Below are positions 18,301 to 24,983 of a stretch of DNA of 64,000 nt, one piece after another. Under the pieces are notes generated by a model. That model worked only from the letters and a program-made list of their open reading frames with translations, did not search any database and was not told the origin of the DNA. A program made the position numbers and the translations under genes. Each line of letters starts with the position of its first letter. Within the stretch, counting starts at the first letter, position 1. The DNA comes from Acutalibacteraceae bacterium (lineage in GTDB: Bacteria > Bacillota > Clostridia > Oscillospirales > Acutalibacteraceae). The stretch is taken from NCBI GenBank assembly GCA_045537815.1, contig JAZSQD010000127.1:28949-92948 (forward strand). The letters run 5' to 3'.

Positions 18301-20153
18301 CCGTCAACATCACTGGGAGTTGCCGCAATCTTATCCTTTGCCTCATTCGCACGGTCTGTTATATTCTGACGGTAATCATAAATACCGCCTTCTGTACCAA
18401 CTAAAACAGAATTACCGTTGTTGGGGTTTGTAAACTTAACGTCATACTTATCAACAAAGCCACCGTCAGCAAGCACGATTTCAGGAGTAAGAATAAGAGT
18501 ATCCTTTGTGAAGGTATAGTTGTTGTTTGCTACCTTTTCACCGGTACCGTTATCAATCCATACATTGCGGTTAACATTATATGTGAAAGCACCGCTGGTA
18601 TAAGTTGTATAAGCAGATACAGGCCATTCGATGTCTGCCTGTGTCTGACCGTACTTAACAACCTTCTGGCCGAGGAACTTACCGTCAACATCATAGAACT
18701 TAACGCTGAGATCCTTTGAACACCACCAGCCGTACCATACCTTGTCTGCGCTAATGGTCTTTTCGTTTGCGTCATATTTCGTTCCTGCGTTATAATACTT
18801 TTCAACTGCGCCGTCACCGTCGGAATCTACGGTAACTACCTTGTCGCTTTCTGAAACAACGGCACCTGACATAGCCTTATATGATGTAAAGTCATCATTT
18901 GAACAAGGCTGAGCAAAGTCAGCTGTCTTGTTATAGAACCAGCCTGAGCCTGATGTGGGCTGAGGAGCTGACCAGAATCCGTAGAAGGTATAGCCTTCAG
19001 CTGATGCCTTCTCGTTTGAAGGAGCTGTAAAGCTCTTGCCGTAATATCCTTCTGCTACATATTTGCCTGTGCCGGCAGCACTGAGAGTGTTGCCGCTGCT
19101 ATCCTTAACAGCAGGGTCAAAGGTTGCATCGTTAACGGTACCCTTACCGTCAAAGGTTACTTCATACACAGGATATTTAACGTTGATTGCAGCTGAAGCC
19201 TTTGAAGACTGTGAACCGCCGAAGCCGTCAGATAAGGTATAGGTTCTTACAAGATAGTAATTAGCTGTACCGTTATTGCCGTTAGGCTTACTTGCCTGAA
19301 GGTTAGCCTTAACGATTACATTGTCCTTATCGTTGCCTTCTGCATAGATATCTGCTGCATCATCACCCTCAAGTGCAGAACCGTTGTCAGTAGCTGAAAC
19401 ATGAGTGGTTGTGCTGTCTATGGTGCAATACTTACCGTTATTGATTATATAACTGCTTGCCGCAACACCGTAGTTATCATAAAGTGTATATTTTGAAATA
19501 TCGTAGGTAGTGCCTTTTTTTACATCTGCACCGCCAATCTTGTTAATTTCAACATTGATGGCAGGGTTCTTTCCGCCGGCAGCTGATGCCGTATTGTCAG
19601 TAAAACCGTAGATGTGAGGTCTCGGCCAGGTATAAGTACCCGACCAGTTACCTGATGTGCCTAAATCAGGCTTTTCACCGGTGTTGTAATTAGGATAAAT
19701 TTCACCCTTGTTTGCACCGTTCCAACCTGCATCACCTGTCCAAACCTGTTTACCGTTAATTTTTATCCAGTTAACATCACAGCGGGCCTGGTTATTACCG
19801 CTGCCGCCACCGGTTGTTTCAAGATAAATATAAGTAGGGAAGGCTGATGTTGTAAAGCTTTTGGTATACTCACCCTGTTTGTTGCAGCCCTCTGTTGAGA
19901 AAGAGTTTATGGCAATTTGATTTGCGCTTTGATTTCCTTCCCAACCGTTACCTGTGGTTCTGTACTGAAGGTTACCACTGTTATAGTCATTGTTTGAGAT
20001 GGTAAAGTGAACTTCAACAGTATACTGTGTCTTAACCTCAACATTAGCAGCCTCTGCCTCAGGTGCAAGCCACACCCAACAGGACATAAGCATAAGCACT
20101 GCTAAAAACAGTGACACAGATTTCTTTGCTTGCAATTTTAAATAGTTTTTCAT
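12363..20153 (-). CDS. 2596-aa secreted surface protein with Listeria-Bacteroides-type repeats, Cys-rich modules, a prealbumin-like beta-sandwich and a Cys-flanked amphipathic C-terminal tail
   Basis: Complete ORF with SD AAGGAGG and signal peptide MKNYLKLQAKKSVSLFLAVLMLMSCWVWLAPEAEA. There are many Y-x-F-x-G-W motifs (YTFYGFW, YTFDGWT, YEFQGWY, YVFLGWD, YVFAGWY, YSFAGWV, FEFRGWK, YTFAGWF), typical of Listeria-Bacteroides repeat (Flg_new) domains. H..C...G.....C..C modules lie at about 14930-15580, 13490-13720 and 12790-13010. The segment YTVKATVKDENGNPSANVRVELL...GDYRVYV resembles a carboxypeptidase-regulatory fold. Confidence 0.9.
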   Translation of the reverse strand: MKNYLKLQAKKSVSLFLAVLMLMSCWVWLAPEAEAANVEVKTQYTVEVHFTISNNDYNSGNLQYRTTGNGWEGNQSANQIAINSFSTEGCNKQGEYTKSFTTSAFPTYIYLETTGGGSGNNQARCDVNWIKINGKQVWTGDAGWNGANKGEIYPNYNTGEKPDLGTSGNWSGTYTWPRPHIYGFTDNTASAAGGKNPAINVEINKIGGADVKKGTTYDISKYTLYDNYGVAASSYIINNGKYCTIDSTTTHVSATDNGSALEGDDAADIYAEGNDKDNVIVKANLQASKPNGNNGTANYYLVRTYTLSDGFGGSQSSKASAAINVKYPVYEVTFDGKGTVNDATFDPAVKDSSGNTLSAAGTGKYVAEGYYGKSFTAPSNEKASAEGYTFYGFWSAPQPTSGSGWFYNKTADFAQPCSNDDFTSYKAMSGAVVSESDKVVTVDSDGDGAVEKYYNAGTKYDANEKTISADKVWYGWWCSKDLSVKFYDVDGKFLGQKVVKYGQTQADIEWPVSAYTTYTSGAFTYNVNRNVWIDNGTGEKVANNNYTFTKDTLILTPEIVLADGGFVDKYDVKFTNPNNGNSVLVGTEGGIYDYRQNITDRANEAKDKIAATPSDVDGDLQFSYELLGWSSVVPTTGKNYHVLLEDADFDVNGTAIGLNSDWVVRNDATYYAVYRRHTKTYVVNFNYKDATGADATRQLKVKYGASLVPPTDYVPYTYVTGGFGYTFDGWTYTNKDGDAKLGYAATIPFTNEYISIQEAALDGNADLEPITLTATYGAPVATPYTVTFNYVDGKGADVSKQATVKNEELILPSTVETLTPAENWDHEDQLYTYADQWEIIEGAGAMGVGGAEKKVGDKLYTSELTGFTPTSNVTFKAVYANPVPFFTVTYIDGANTYSERILQGSNVPAWIIEETNEEYVPADYEGEGGTYEFQGWYDQKQVNTDATNGNKITTADKVAGNLTLYSQFKFVPDTFTVKFMNHDGTVQLGAGEYQKGQNIEALVARATVGAQSRASDETYDYVFLGWDKPVPTFCEGYDVTFIAQYKPVYKYYNVKWYNSRLVNDEWVADKTIGEDENGKEVETNLLATTHHTYNSKLYTPAVDNLTCLEAAPEGQNYVFAGWYYNDAEGNAVKYERGIIVTAEMEFYATYTLTNKVYTVTTVVKGDETRYTVASGATAEIPDPQAGYVDAEKHDAFDGWYTDADCTTAFEADTVITADTKIYAKFTEGDHVFPKENSELKTAPTYYAEGEMTKWCSCDKTKTSKTESIDKLTDEEIRTGTMYLGGKFWSSEGEAANITDNDEISIFVNANTDVIITANDTGDVDALYNPSGIGMGVKYIRAFAFPAKYTLTAENYGAAQQLTLDVYVDESEALTNNANFAVKLGDIIVADLDENGEVQYDEEGNIKYKSLESGEAYIIYYYVTDKAGNQLNRKVRTAKFIYDNDAPAFTVEGESNEAAVPTYCGVATVTGIEKDVVLTVNGEVVEVEYEADATTGTYEIEYAEGIDNVIITATDKSGNKYSKKIKVADHSYLLTEQASTCGAAGYKKEVCIICGDVKTDDVYPALDHVWGQPQVTPADCVNNGYVVVKCENCGEEVITEFEEDGVTPAIPALGHVFAKDDNDEIIYTTVTASTCKTNGLAEAYCTECNGELEGGYLTKELELDDKNHEDVTVTEVEADCVNNGYYTKACSCGVTIEHKDHETDPEIYAAKGHGEKAWEVVKEANCYQPGTMVEKCTVCTAITTAETAYGYTEDADANYTYVTRIENEGEENETEVKVTEEIDGKTYYKYYLVPATGEHVKYVTEKVDSVPGTQGYVKYACKTEGCPWTGKKDLDKVEAFTVTFLKEDGTELAKITKDEGEYIANTDVTAPEKAATKENRYSFAGWVEVIKGEDGKETAGATYKLPLEVTKDMTLKASYKATKILYTHQFVVPTTWTETLADGTSDTTVYATLVGAYGDERVPAGTPVFKHKDANEDARLKKLYTFEFRGWKNAAGVLVTDFTVEDSATFTAYFVAVPVEYEVIFYNGSEVIWTTKVDGGAVVEYANIDNKGTEDEADDVLILPGKAYDAEYHYAFSGKWYTDAACEKEYVVEFNADGSIKSGAITEKTRLYAGFTATAHTYAVNTKVGTVVDEANPEVKDGIIQKADCVLPEITAKICSCGDEIEVETKAALGHDAYKKNADGSYVLVDGEKVENGETVTDKDGVAYYVVKCSVCGEELSRNKVSVTVKFENYNGLSLGTKNYQLGEDIVAPTTTPVKPDDNASTYTFAGWFVKGDDTQTIVTVLGKATADITFVAKFTATDKMFKVSYLSYKGDVALYTVEVKYGATLPAYVGKTDEITIIGTDYKDNYTEDGHYVFSGEWDKDATYVVKGDTTVRPVLELEDHNKQTAYTDPTCTTAGGQSITCTGCAYHASVNATQPALGHAWGNGVVTTPPIYETQTPGVMTYTCSRCGVTKTEEIPGDSYTVKATVKDENGNPSANVRVELLRKQADGAYTYLTHKETDANGVVIFSGLEPGDYRVYVTSTKTHYDTTVNEDGSVAGGDITAQPENNPVDESCKCSCHKDNFWGILYRLIQKIIKFFAGKPSCCACPDSRI

Positions 20154-20316
20154 TAAGATTTTCCTCCTTAATAAAAATTAACCGATTGTTTTATATAAAA
20201 ACAATATTATGTGGCTTCTCATACCTTTTAAACTCAGATTTCACCCAACCCCTGACCTGATTGTTAACGGCAAAAAGGGCGCAAAAGGGTATAGAAGGAC
20301 ACTATTAGTCAGTAGC

Positions 20317-20346
20317 ATTATAGCATTGTGAAATCAATAAAGTCAA
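20317..20346 (-). promoter_or_regulatory. Putative sigma-A promoter of the 2596-aa gene
   Basis: On the minus strand: TTGACT (20346-20341), an 18-nt spacer, then TATAAT (20322-17). This leaves a leader of roughly 160 nt before the SD. Confidence 0.5.
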
Positions 20347-20436
20347 TAACGGAATATGAAAACTTTTATAATTATTAAAAATTTGTGTCATTTTACAAAA
20401 AAGGCAGAGGCTCTTTGTTTATTTTGATGTAACCTT

Positions 20437-20465
20437 AAAAATCCCGATTGTAGTCGGGATTTTTT
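20437..20465. terminator. Bidirectional hairpin terminator downstream of the HAD gene
   Basis: Sequence aaaa-atcccga-ttgtag-tcgggat-ttttt. Confidence 0.75.
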
Positions 20466-20527
20466 CATACACAATATATGGTTTTTAAGCTGTATCTATG
20501 GTAGGCGTAACCGATATTTTTATCTTA

Positions 20528-21196
20528 TTACCGGATGTCACGGGCACCGTCACATAAAATGATATTCAATACAGCCTGCGCATCCCCGGCAATATAATCT
20601 GCCCCGGCCTCAATAAGCTCTGCCCTGTCGCGGAAGCCCCAGGTGACACCGATGCAGGGAATTCCTGCATTTTTTGCCGTCTGAACATCAACCTCACTGT
20701 CCCCTATATATATAGTATAGGGTTTTTCACTACCGAGAGCCTCAATAGACCTGAAAGCATTCCTCGGCGAAGGCTTTCTTTCACTCTCATCGCTGACACC
20801 GAGTGCGCAGTCAATAAGTCCCTTAAAATAATCGTCGCATAAGCCCTCAACCGCTGAGTGAAGCTTGTTTGAAACTACTGCAGTTTTAACTCCCCTTATC
20901 CGAAGCTCTGTAAGAAGGCCCGGTATCCCCTCATAGGGTGCAGTGCTGTCTGACATATGCTCAAGATAGTGAGCTCTGAAAGCATCAAGACATTTCTTTT
21001 CCGTTTCTCTGTCCGTTCCCTCAGGCACGGAGCGTTCTATGAGCTTTACGACACCGTTACCTATAAACCGGCGTATTTCCTCAAGAGACCTTTCGGGGAA
21101 GGAAAACTCCCTGAGAGCAAAATTAACCGATGCGTGAAGGTCGGCGAGAGTATCAAGAAGGGTGCCGTCAAGGTCGAATATTGCCGTGTTATACAT
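20528..21196 (-). CDS. HAD-IA family phosphatase (phosphoglycolate phosphatase / PpaX-like)
   Basis: DLDGTLLDT motif I, SNK motif and GDSEVD motif. The track ORF starts at 21223, but the ATG at 21196 (MYNTAIFDLDGT) has an AGGAA SD and matches the usual family N-terminus. Confidence 0.85.
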   Translation of the reverse strand: MYNTAIFDLDGTLLDTLADLHASVNFALREFSFPERSLEEIRRFIGNGVVKLIERSVPEGTDRETEKKCLDAFRAHYLEHMSDSTAPYEGIPGLLTELRIRGVKTAVVSNKLHSAVEGLCDDYFKGLIDCALGVSDESERKPSPRNAFRSIEALGSEKPYTIYIGDSEVDVQTAKNAGIPCIGVTWGFRDRAELIEAGADYIAGDAQAVLNIILCDGARDIR

Positions 21197-21215
21197 TTTA
21201 TCATTCCTTTTATAT

Positions 21216-21737
21216 TCATTCACAGTAAAAGCAATCCGCTTCCCATTTCTGTGCTTTGTGTTCTATATATTCCCATATTTTCAGGTAATCCTTTTCGTCG
21301 CGAATAACGTGGTCGTGAAAAGACCGTTGCCAAACAGGAATATTCCCCATTTTTTCTCTGATCTGTTTTGACGAATTCATTTTAATATAACCCATGACCT
21401 TTGATATCACGGACCGTTTCTGTAGGGGCGATTCACGAATCGCCCGCAATGCCTCTGAATCCTCAATAACAACTATCATATGAAAATGATTTGGCATTAT
21501 TATATATTTCTCGATTTTTACACCCAGTCTTTCCGGCAGGTTTTTTATTACACGGTCGAGAAATTCACCTGCACCCGTCATCACTGTTTCGGGCGATTGG
21601 TGAATCGCCCCTACGGATTTAACGTGACACAACAGCTTTCTCTTGTTATGTGTGCATACTGTTATAAATTATGCGCCGGGGGAGCTGTAATCGTAATTTT
21701 TCAGTCTGTTGGGCTTGCGCTCGGGTAAATCAGTCAC
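21216..21737 (-). pseudogene. RayT-like REP-associated tyrosine (HUH/Y1) transposase, interrupted by an in-frame TAA
   Basis: Hand translation from GTG 21737 gives MTDLPERKPNRLKNYDYSSPGA*FITVCTHNKRKLLCHVKSVGAIHQSP...IIMPNHFHMIVVIE...WQRSFHDHVIRDEKDYLKIWEYI. TAA at 21671-21669 sits where the family has the Tyr of the GAYF motif. The track reports only the downstream 138-aa part (21216-21632). Confidence 0.7.
21422..21614. repeat. Inverted pair of REP-like hairpins (GTAG plus palindrome) inside the RayT-like coding sequence
   Basis: GTAGGGGCGATTCACGAATCGCCC lies on the plus strand at 21422-21445. GTAGGGGCGATTCACCAATCGCCC lies on the minus strand at 21614-21591. They encode RAIRESPLQ and VGAIHQSP respectively and bracket the HUH segment. 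Confidence 0.8.
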
Positions 21738-21930
21738 TTCTACACCTTCTCGATTTCGGCCTTGCGATATATTATACATCAGCCGGCCTTTATTTTCAAT
21801 AAAACCCTATACATATTATATATGGTATTTACAGGTATATCACAGACAGCCGTGAATCGCCCTCCGGTTTCTGCCGCATCACTCCGATTTGCGCGGGCAA
21901 TGCCTTGCTTCTTCCTCCCGCATCGGTACA

Positions 21931-22019
21931 TGACTACTTACTACTTGCTACTGACTACTCGGACGGCCAATGGCCGCCCCTACTCCCTATTCCCTAATCC
22001 CTAATCCCTGATCCCTGAT
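21931..22019 (-). repeat. Composite repeat: (TGACTAC-like)x4, a REP hairpin, then (CCCTNNT)x6
   Basis: Heptamers tgactac ttactac ttgctac tgactac at 21931-21958. REP at 21960-21983 (reverse complement GTAGGGGCGGCCATTGGCCGTCCG). Heptamers ccctact ccctatt ccctaat ccctaat ccctgat ccctgat at 21978-22019. This is the inverted partner of 24574-24663. Confidence 0.9.
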
Positions 22020-22022
22020 AAG

Positions 22023-22050
22023 AAAAAGGACGGCATCAGCCGTCCTTTTT
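22023..22050. terminator. glgP terminator (bidirectional hairpin)
   Basis: Sequence aaaaa-ggacggc-atca-gccgtcc-ttttt, directly abutting the glgP stop at 22052. Confidence 0.85.
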
Positions 22051-22051
22051 C

Positions 22052-24457
22052 TTATCTGATTGTTCCTGTATGCCAGATATCTCTTGCGTAATCGTTGATT
22101 GCACGGTCAGCTGCGAAGCGGCCTGCGCCTGCAATATTCATAAGAGACATTCTGTTCCAGCGGTCTCTGTCCTTCCATACGGTGTCGATATACTTCTGCT
22201 TCTTTCTGTAATCGGCGAAGTCTGCAAGCACCATATAAGGATCGTGATGAATAATTGTGTTTCCGATTTCGGGGAACTGCTTGCCGTTTATACCCTTCTG
22301 AATGAAGTCGATAACCTTGCGAAGCTCAGCGTTGTTGTTATAGTAATTCATGGGCTGATAGCCTCTGTTCTTAAGGTCAACTGCTTCGGGAGTAGTCATA
22401 CCGAAAAGGAACATATTGTCATCACCCACAGCCTCGTGGATTTCTACGTTTGCACCGTCAAGAGTACCGAGAGTGAGTGCGCCGTTTATCATAAACTTCA
22501 TATTACCTGTACCGCTTGCTTCGGTACCTGCAAGAGAAATCTGCTCACTGATGTCTGCGGCGGGCATAAGGGTTTCAGCCATTGATACGTTGTAGTCCTC
22601 GAGATAAACAACCTTGAGTCTGCCTCTCATATCGGGATCGTTGTTGATAAGGTTGCTGAGAGCACAGATCATTTCGATAATCTTCTTTGCAACGAAGTAG
22701 CCTGAAGCAGCCTTTGCGCCGAAGATATATGTGTGAGGTACATAGTCGCCGTCGGGATTTTCCTTGATTTCGAGATATCTTGCGATAATCTGAAGTGCGT
22801 TGAGGTGCTGACGCTTATACTCGTGAAGTCTCTTTACCTGAACGTCAAAAATTGAGTTGGGGTCAAGCTCGATGCCTGTCTTAGCCTTAACGAGCTTGAT
22901 AAGCTTCTTTTTGTTGCTGAGCTTGATTGCTTCAAGCTTGTCAAGTACCTTCTTATCGTCTGCAAACTTCTGTAATTTAAGAAGCTCATCTGCCTTATAA
23001 ACAAAGCCGTCACCGATAAGCTCTGTGATAAGAGCGGTAAGCTCGGGGTTTGACTGACAGAGCCAGCGTCTGTGAGCGATACCGTTTGTAACATTCTTAA
23101 ACTTGTCGGGTGTGAGCTGATAGTAATCGTTGAATACTGTATCCTTAAGAATCTGACTGTGAAGAGCAGATACGCCGTTAACGCTGTGGCAGGCAGCAAC
23201 ACAGAGGTTTGCCATTCTGATAACACCGTTTGAGGTAACTGCCATATTCTCAACCTTACCTGCATCGTGAGTCATTTCCCAGACGTGTGAACGGTAGCGG
23301 TTGTCGATTTCCTTAACAATCTGATGAATTCTGGGAAGAAGGCTCTTGAAGAGGTCCTCGGGCCAGCATTCAAGTGCTTCCTTCATAACGGTGTGGTTGG
23401 TGTAAGCGCAAGCCTTTGATACAATGTTCCATGCATCGTCCCAGCCGTAGCCGCATTCGTCAAGAAGGATTCTCATAAGCTCAGGAATTGCAAGTGTGGG
23501 ATGAGTATCGTTGATGTGTACTGCATTCTTCTCTGCAAAGTTTTCCATTGTGCCGAAGTGGCGAAGATGTCTTGCAACGATATCCTGCACTGAAGCGGAA
23601 ACAAGGAAGTACTGCTGCTTGAGACGAAGGCTCTTACCCTCGTAGTGTCCGTCGGAGGGGTAGAGAATCTTGCTGATAACCTCAGCCATAGCCTGCTGCT
23701 CCATAGCCTTCATATACTGACCCTGGTCAAAGAGTCTCATATCAAGGGCAGGTGCAACGCTCTTCCAGAGACGGAGGATTGAAATACCCTTGCCGTCCTT
23801 ACCGCTGACATACATATCATAGGGAACAGCAACGATTGTCTGTGCATTTCTGTGCTCAACGCCGTGGTAGTGGTTATCCCAGGTGTCAACGATTTCACCG
23901 CCGAACTTAACCTCAACGGTATCCTTTTCTCTTGCCTTGAGCCATACCTCGCCGCCGGGAAGCCAGAAGTCGGGAAGCTCTGTCTGCCAACCGTCTATAA
24001 GCTTCTGCTTGAAGATACCGCATTCGTAAAGAATACTGTAGCCCATACCGTAGTAGCCCTGAGTTGCAAGACCGTCAAGATAGCAGGCTGCAAGTCTTCC
24101 GAGACCGCCCTTGCCAAGACCTGCATCAGGCTCGCACTCATAAAGCTTTTCAAGGCTGATGCCCATATCCTTGAGAGCGGCAGTAAAGGTCTTTGTAAGA
24201 TTAAGATTATAAAGATTATTCTTGAGAGAACGGCCCATAAGGAATTCCATTGAAAGATAATAAATCTTCTTCTGAGTCTGATTGCCCTTTTCTTTTCTGA
24301 ATTCACGAAGACCGTCGTTCATAAGCTCTCTGACAATGAGAGAAACAGCCTTGTAGTACTGCTCGTCGGTAGCCTCGTTGGAATCAACACCGAAATAGTG
24401 TGAAAGCTTACCCTCGATAAGCTCCTTCGCTTGTTTCTTTGTAAGGGAATAATTCAT
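22052..24457 (-). CDS. glgP: Glycogen/alpha-glucan phosphorylase
   Basis: 801 aa with the LSMEFLMGR motif, the PLP-lysine motif EASGTGNMKFMINGALTLGTLDGANVEI, and an SD GGAGG. Confidence 0.95.
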   Translation of the reverse strand: MNYSLTKKQAKELIEGKLSHYFGVDSNEATDEQYYKAVSLIVRELMNDGLREFRKEKGNQTQKKIYYLSMEFLMGRSLKNNLYNLNLTKTFTAALKDMGISLEKLYECEPDAGLGKGGLGRLAACYLDGLATQGYYGMGYSILYECGIFKQKLIDGWQTELPDFWLPGGEVWLKAREKDTVEVKFGGEIVDTWDNHYHGVEHRNAQTIVAVPYDMYVSGKDGKGISILRLWKSVAPALDMRLFDQGQYMKAMEQQAMAEVISKILYPSDGHYEGKSLRLKQQYFLVSASVQDIVARHLRHFGTMENFAEKNAVHINDTHPTLAIPELMRILLDECGYGWDDAWNIVSKACAYTNHTVMKEALECWPEDLFKSLLPRIHQIVKEIDNRYRSHVWEMTHDAGKVENMAVTSNGVIRMANLCVAACHSVNGVSALHSQILKDTVFNDYYQLTPDKFKNVTNGIAHRRWLCQSNPELTALITELIGDGFVYKADELLKLQKFADDKKVLDKLEAIKLSNKKKLIKLVKAKTGIELDPNSIFDVQVKRLHEYKRQHLNALQIIARYLEIKENPDGDYVPHTYIFGAKAASGYFVAKKIIEMICALSNLINNDPDMRGRLKVVYLEDYNVSMAETLMPAADISEQISLAGTEASGTGNMKFMINGALTLGTLDGANVEIHEAVGDDNMFLFGMTTPEAVDLKNRGYQPMNYYNNNAELRKVIDFIQKGINGKQFPEIGNTIIHHDPYMVLADFADYRKKQKYIDTVWKDRDRWNRMSLMNIAGAGRFAADRAINDYARDIWHTGTIR

Positions 24458-24573
24458 AAAAAACCTCCAAAATTGTCTATGAAAAAGTGCTTGTTTTTCA
24501 ATTTATATGGTTATTTTATACTAAAATTGAAGAAAAATCAACAGTAAGAGAGAAAAAAGTTAAGACTTTATGA

Positions 24574-24950
24574 ATTAGGGACCAGGGATTAGAGATTAGT
24601 TGTAAGGGTCAAGGGAGTAGGGGCGGCCATTGGCCGTCCGAGTAGTCAGTAGTCAGTAGTCAGGGAAACGCCCGTTGGGCGTTTAATGGTGTGAGCCGAT
24701 TTATGCACTTAAAATAAAACCTCTCCCGTAGGGGAGGGCCTGTGTGCCCTCCCGGACAACTTGACGGGTAGGTGTATTTAACGGTTAACTCGGACGGTCG
24801 CCGTGGGCGTCGACCGCTACAATCTACCACTTAGATGCTGCACAAAACTTACCTCTGCGGAAAGAAACATAAATCGGTCAACGTAGTTACCCCGCGACCG
24901 CACCTATTCCCTAGTCCCTAATCCCTAGTCCCTAGTCCCAAGCCCCTGAC
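24574..24950. mobile_element. 377-bp non-coding composite element bounded by inverted G-rich/C-rich heptamer arrays (MITE/BIME-like)
   Basis: Left end: attaggg-type heptamers (24574-24623), REP GTAGGGGCGGCCATTGGCCGTCCG (24617-24640) and (AGTAGTC)x3 (24641-24663). The interior carries hairpin aacgccc-gtt-gggcgtt (24667-83), REP GTAGGGGAGGGCctgtgtGCCCTCCC (24728-53) and an inverted REP (24791-24820). Right end: ccctagt ccctaat ccctagt ccctagt (24909-24950). No ORF is present. Confidence 0.75.
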
Positions 24951-24952
24951 TA

Positions 24953-24983
24953 ACAAAAAAATTGCACCCGAAGGTGCAATTTT
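24953..24983. terminator. glgA terminator
   Basis: Sequence aaaaaaa-attgcacc-cgaa-ggtgcaat-ttttt, abutting the glgA stop at 24984. Confidence 0.85.

Noticed and set aside
21480-22004. Plus-strand ORFs 21480-21728 and 21762-22004.
   Set aside because: The first is antisense to the RayT-like gene. The second is a translation of REP fragments and heptamer arrays (…TANGRPYSLFPNP). Neither has an SD.
21978-22019. CCCTAAT/ATTAGGG repeats resemble eukaryotic telomere repeats (TTAGGG/TTTAGGG).
   Set aside because: The unit is ATTAGGG with many variants. The arrays are only 3-6 units long, internal to a bacterial chromosome, and always attached to REP hairpins and AGTAGTC arrays. The resemblance is superficial.
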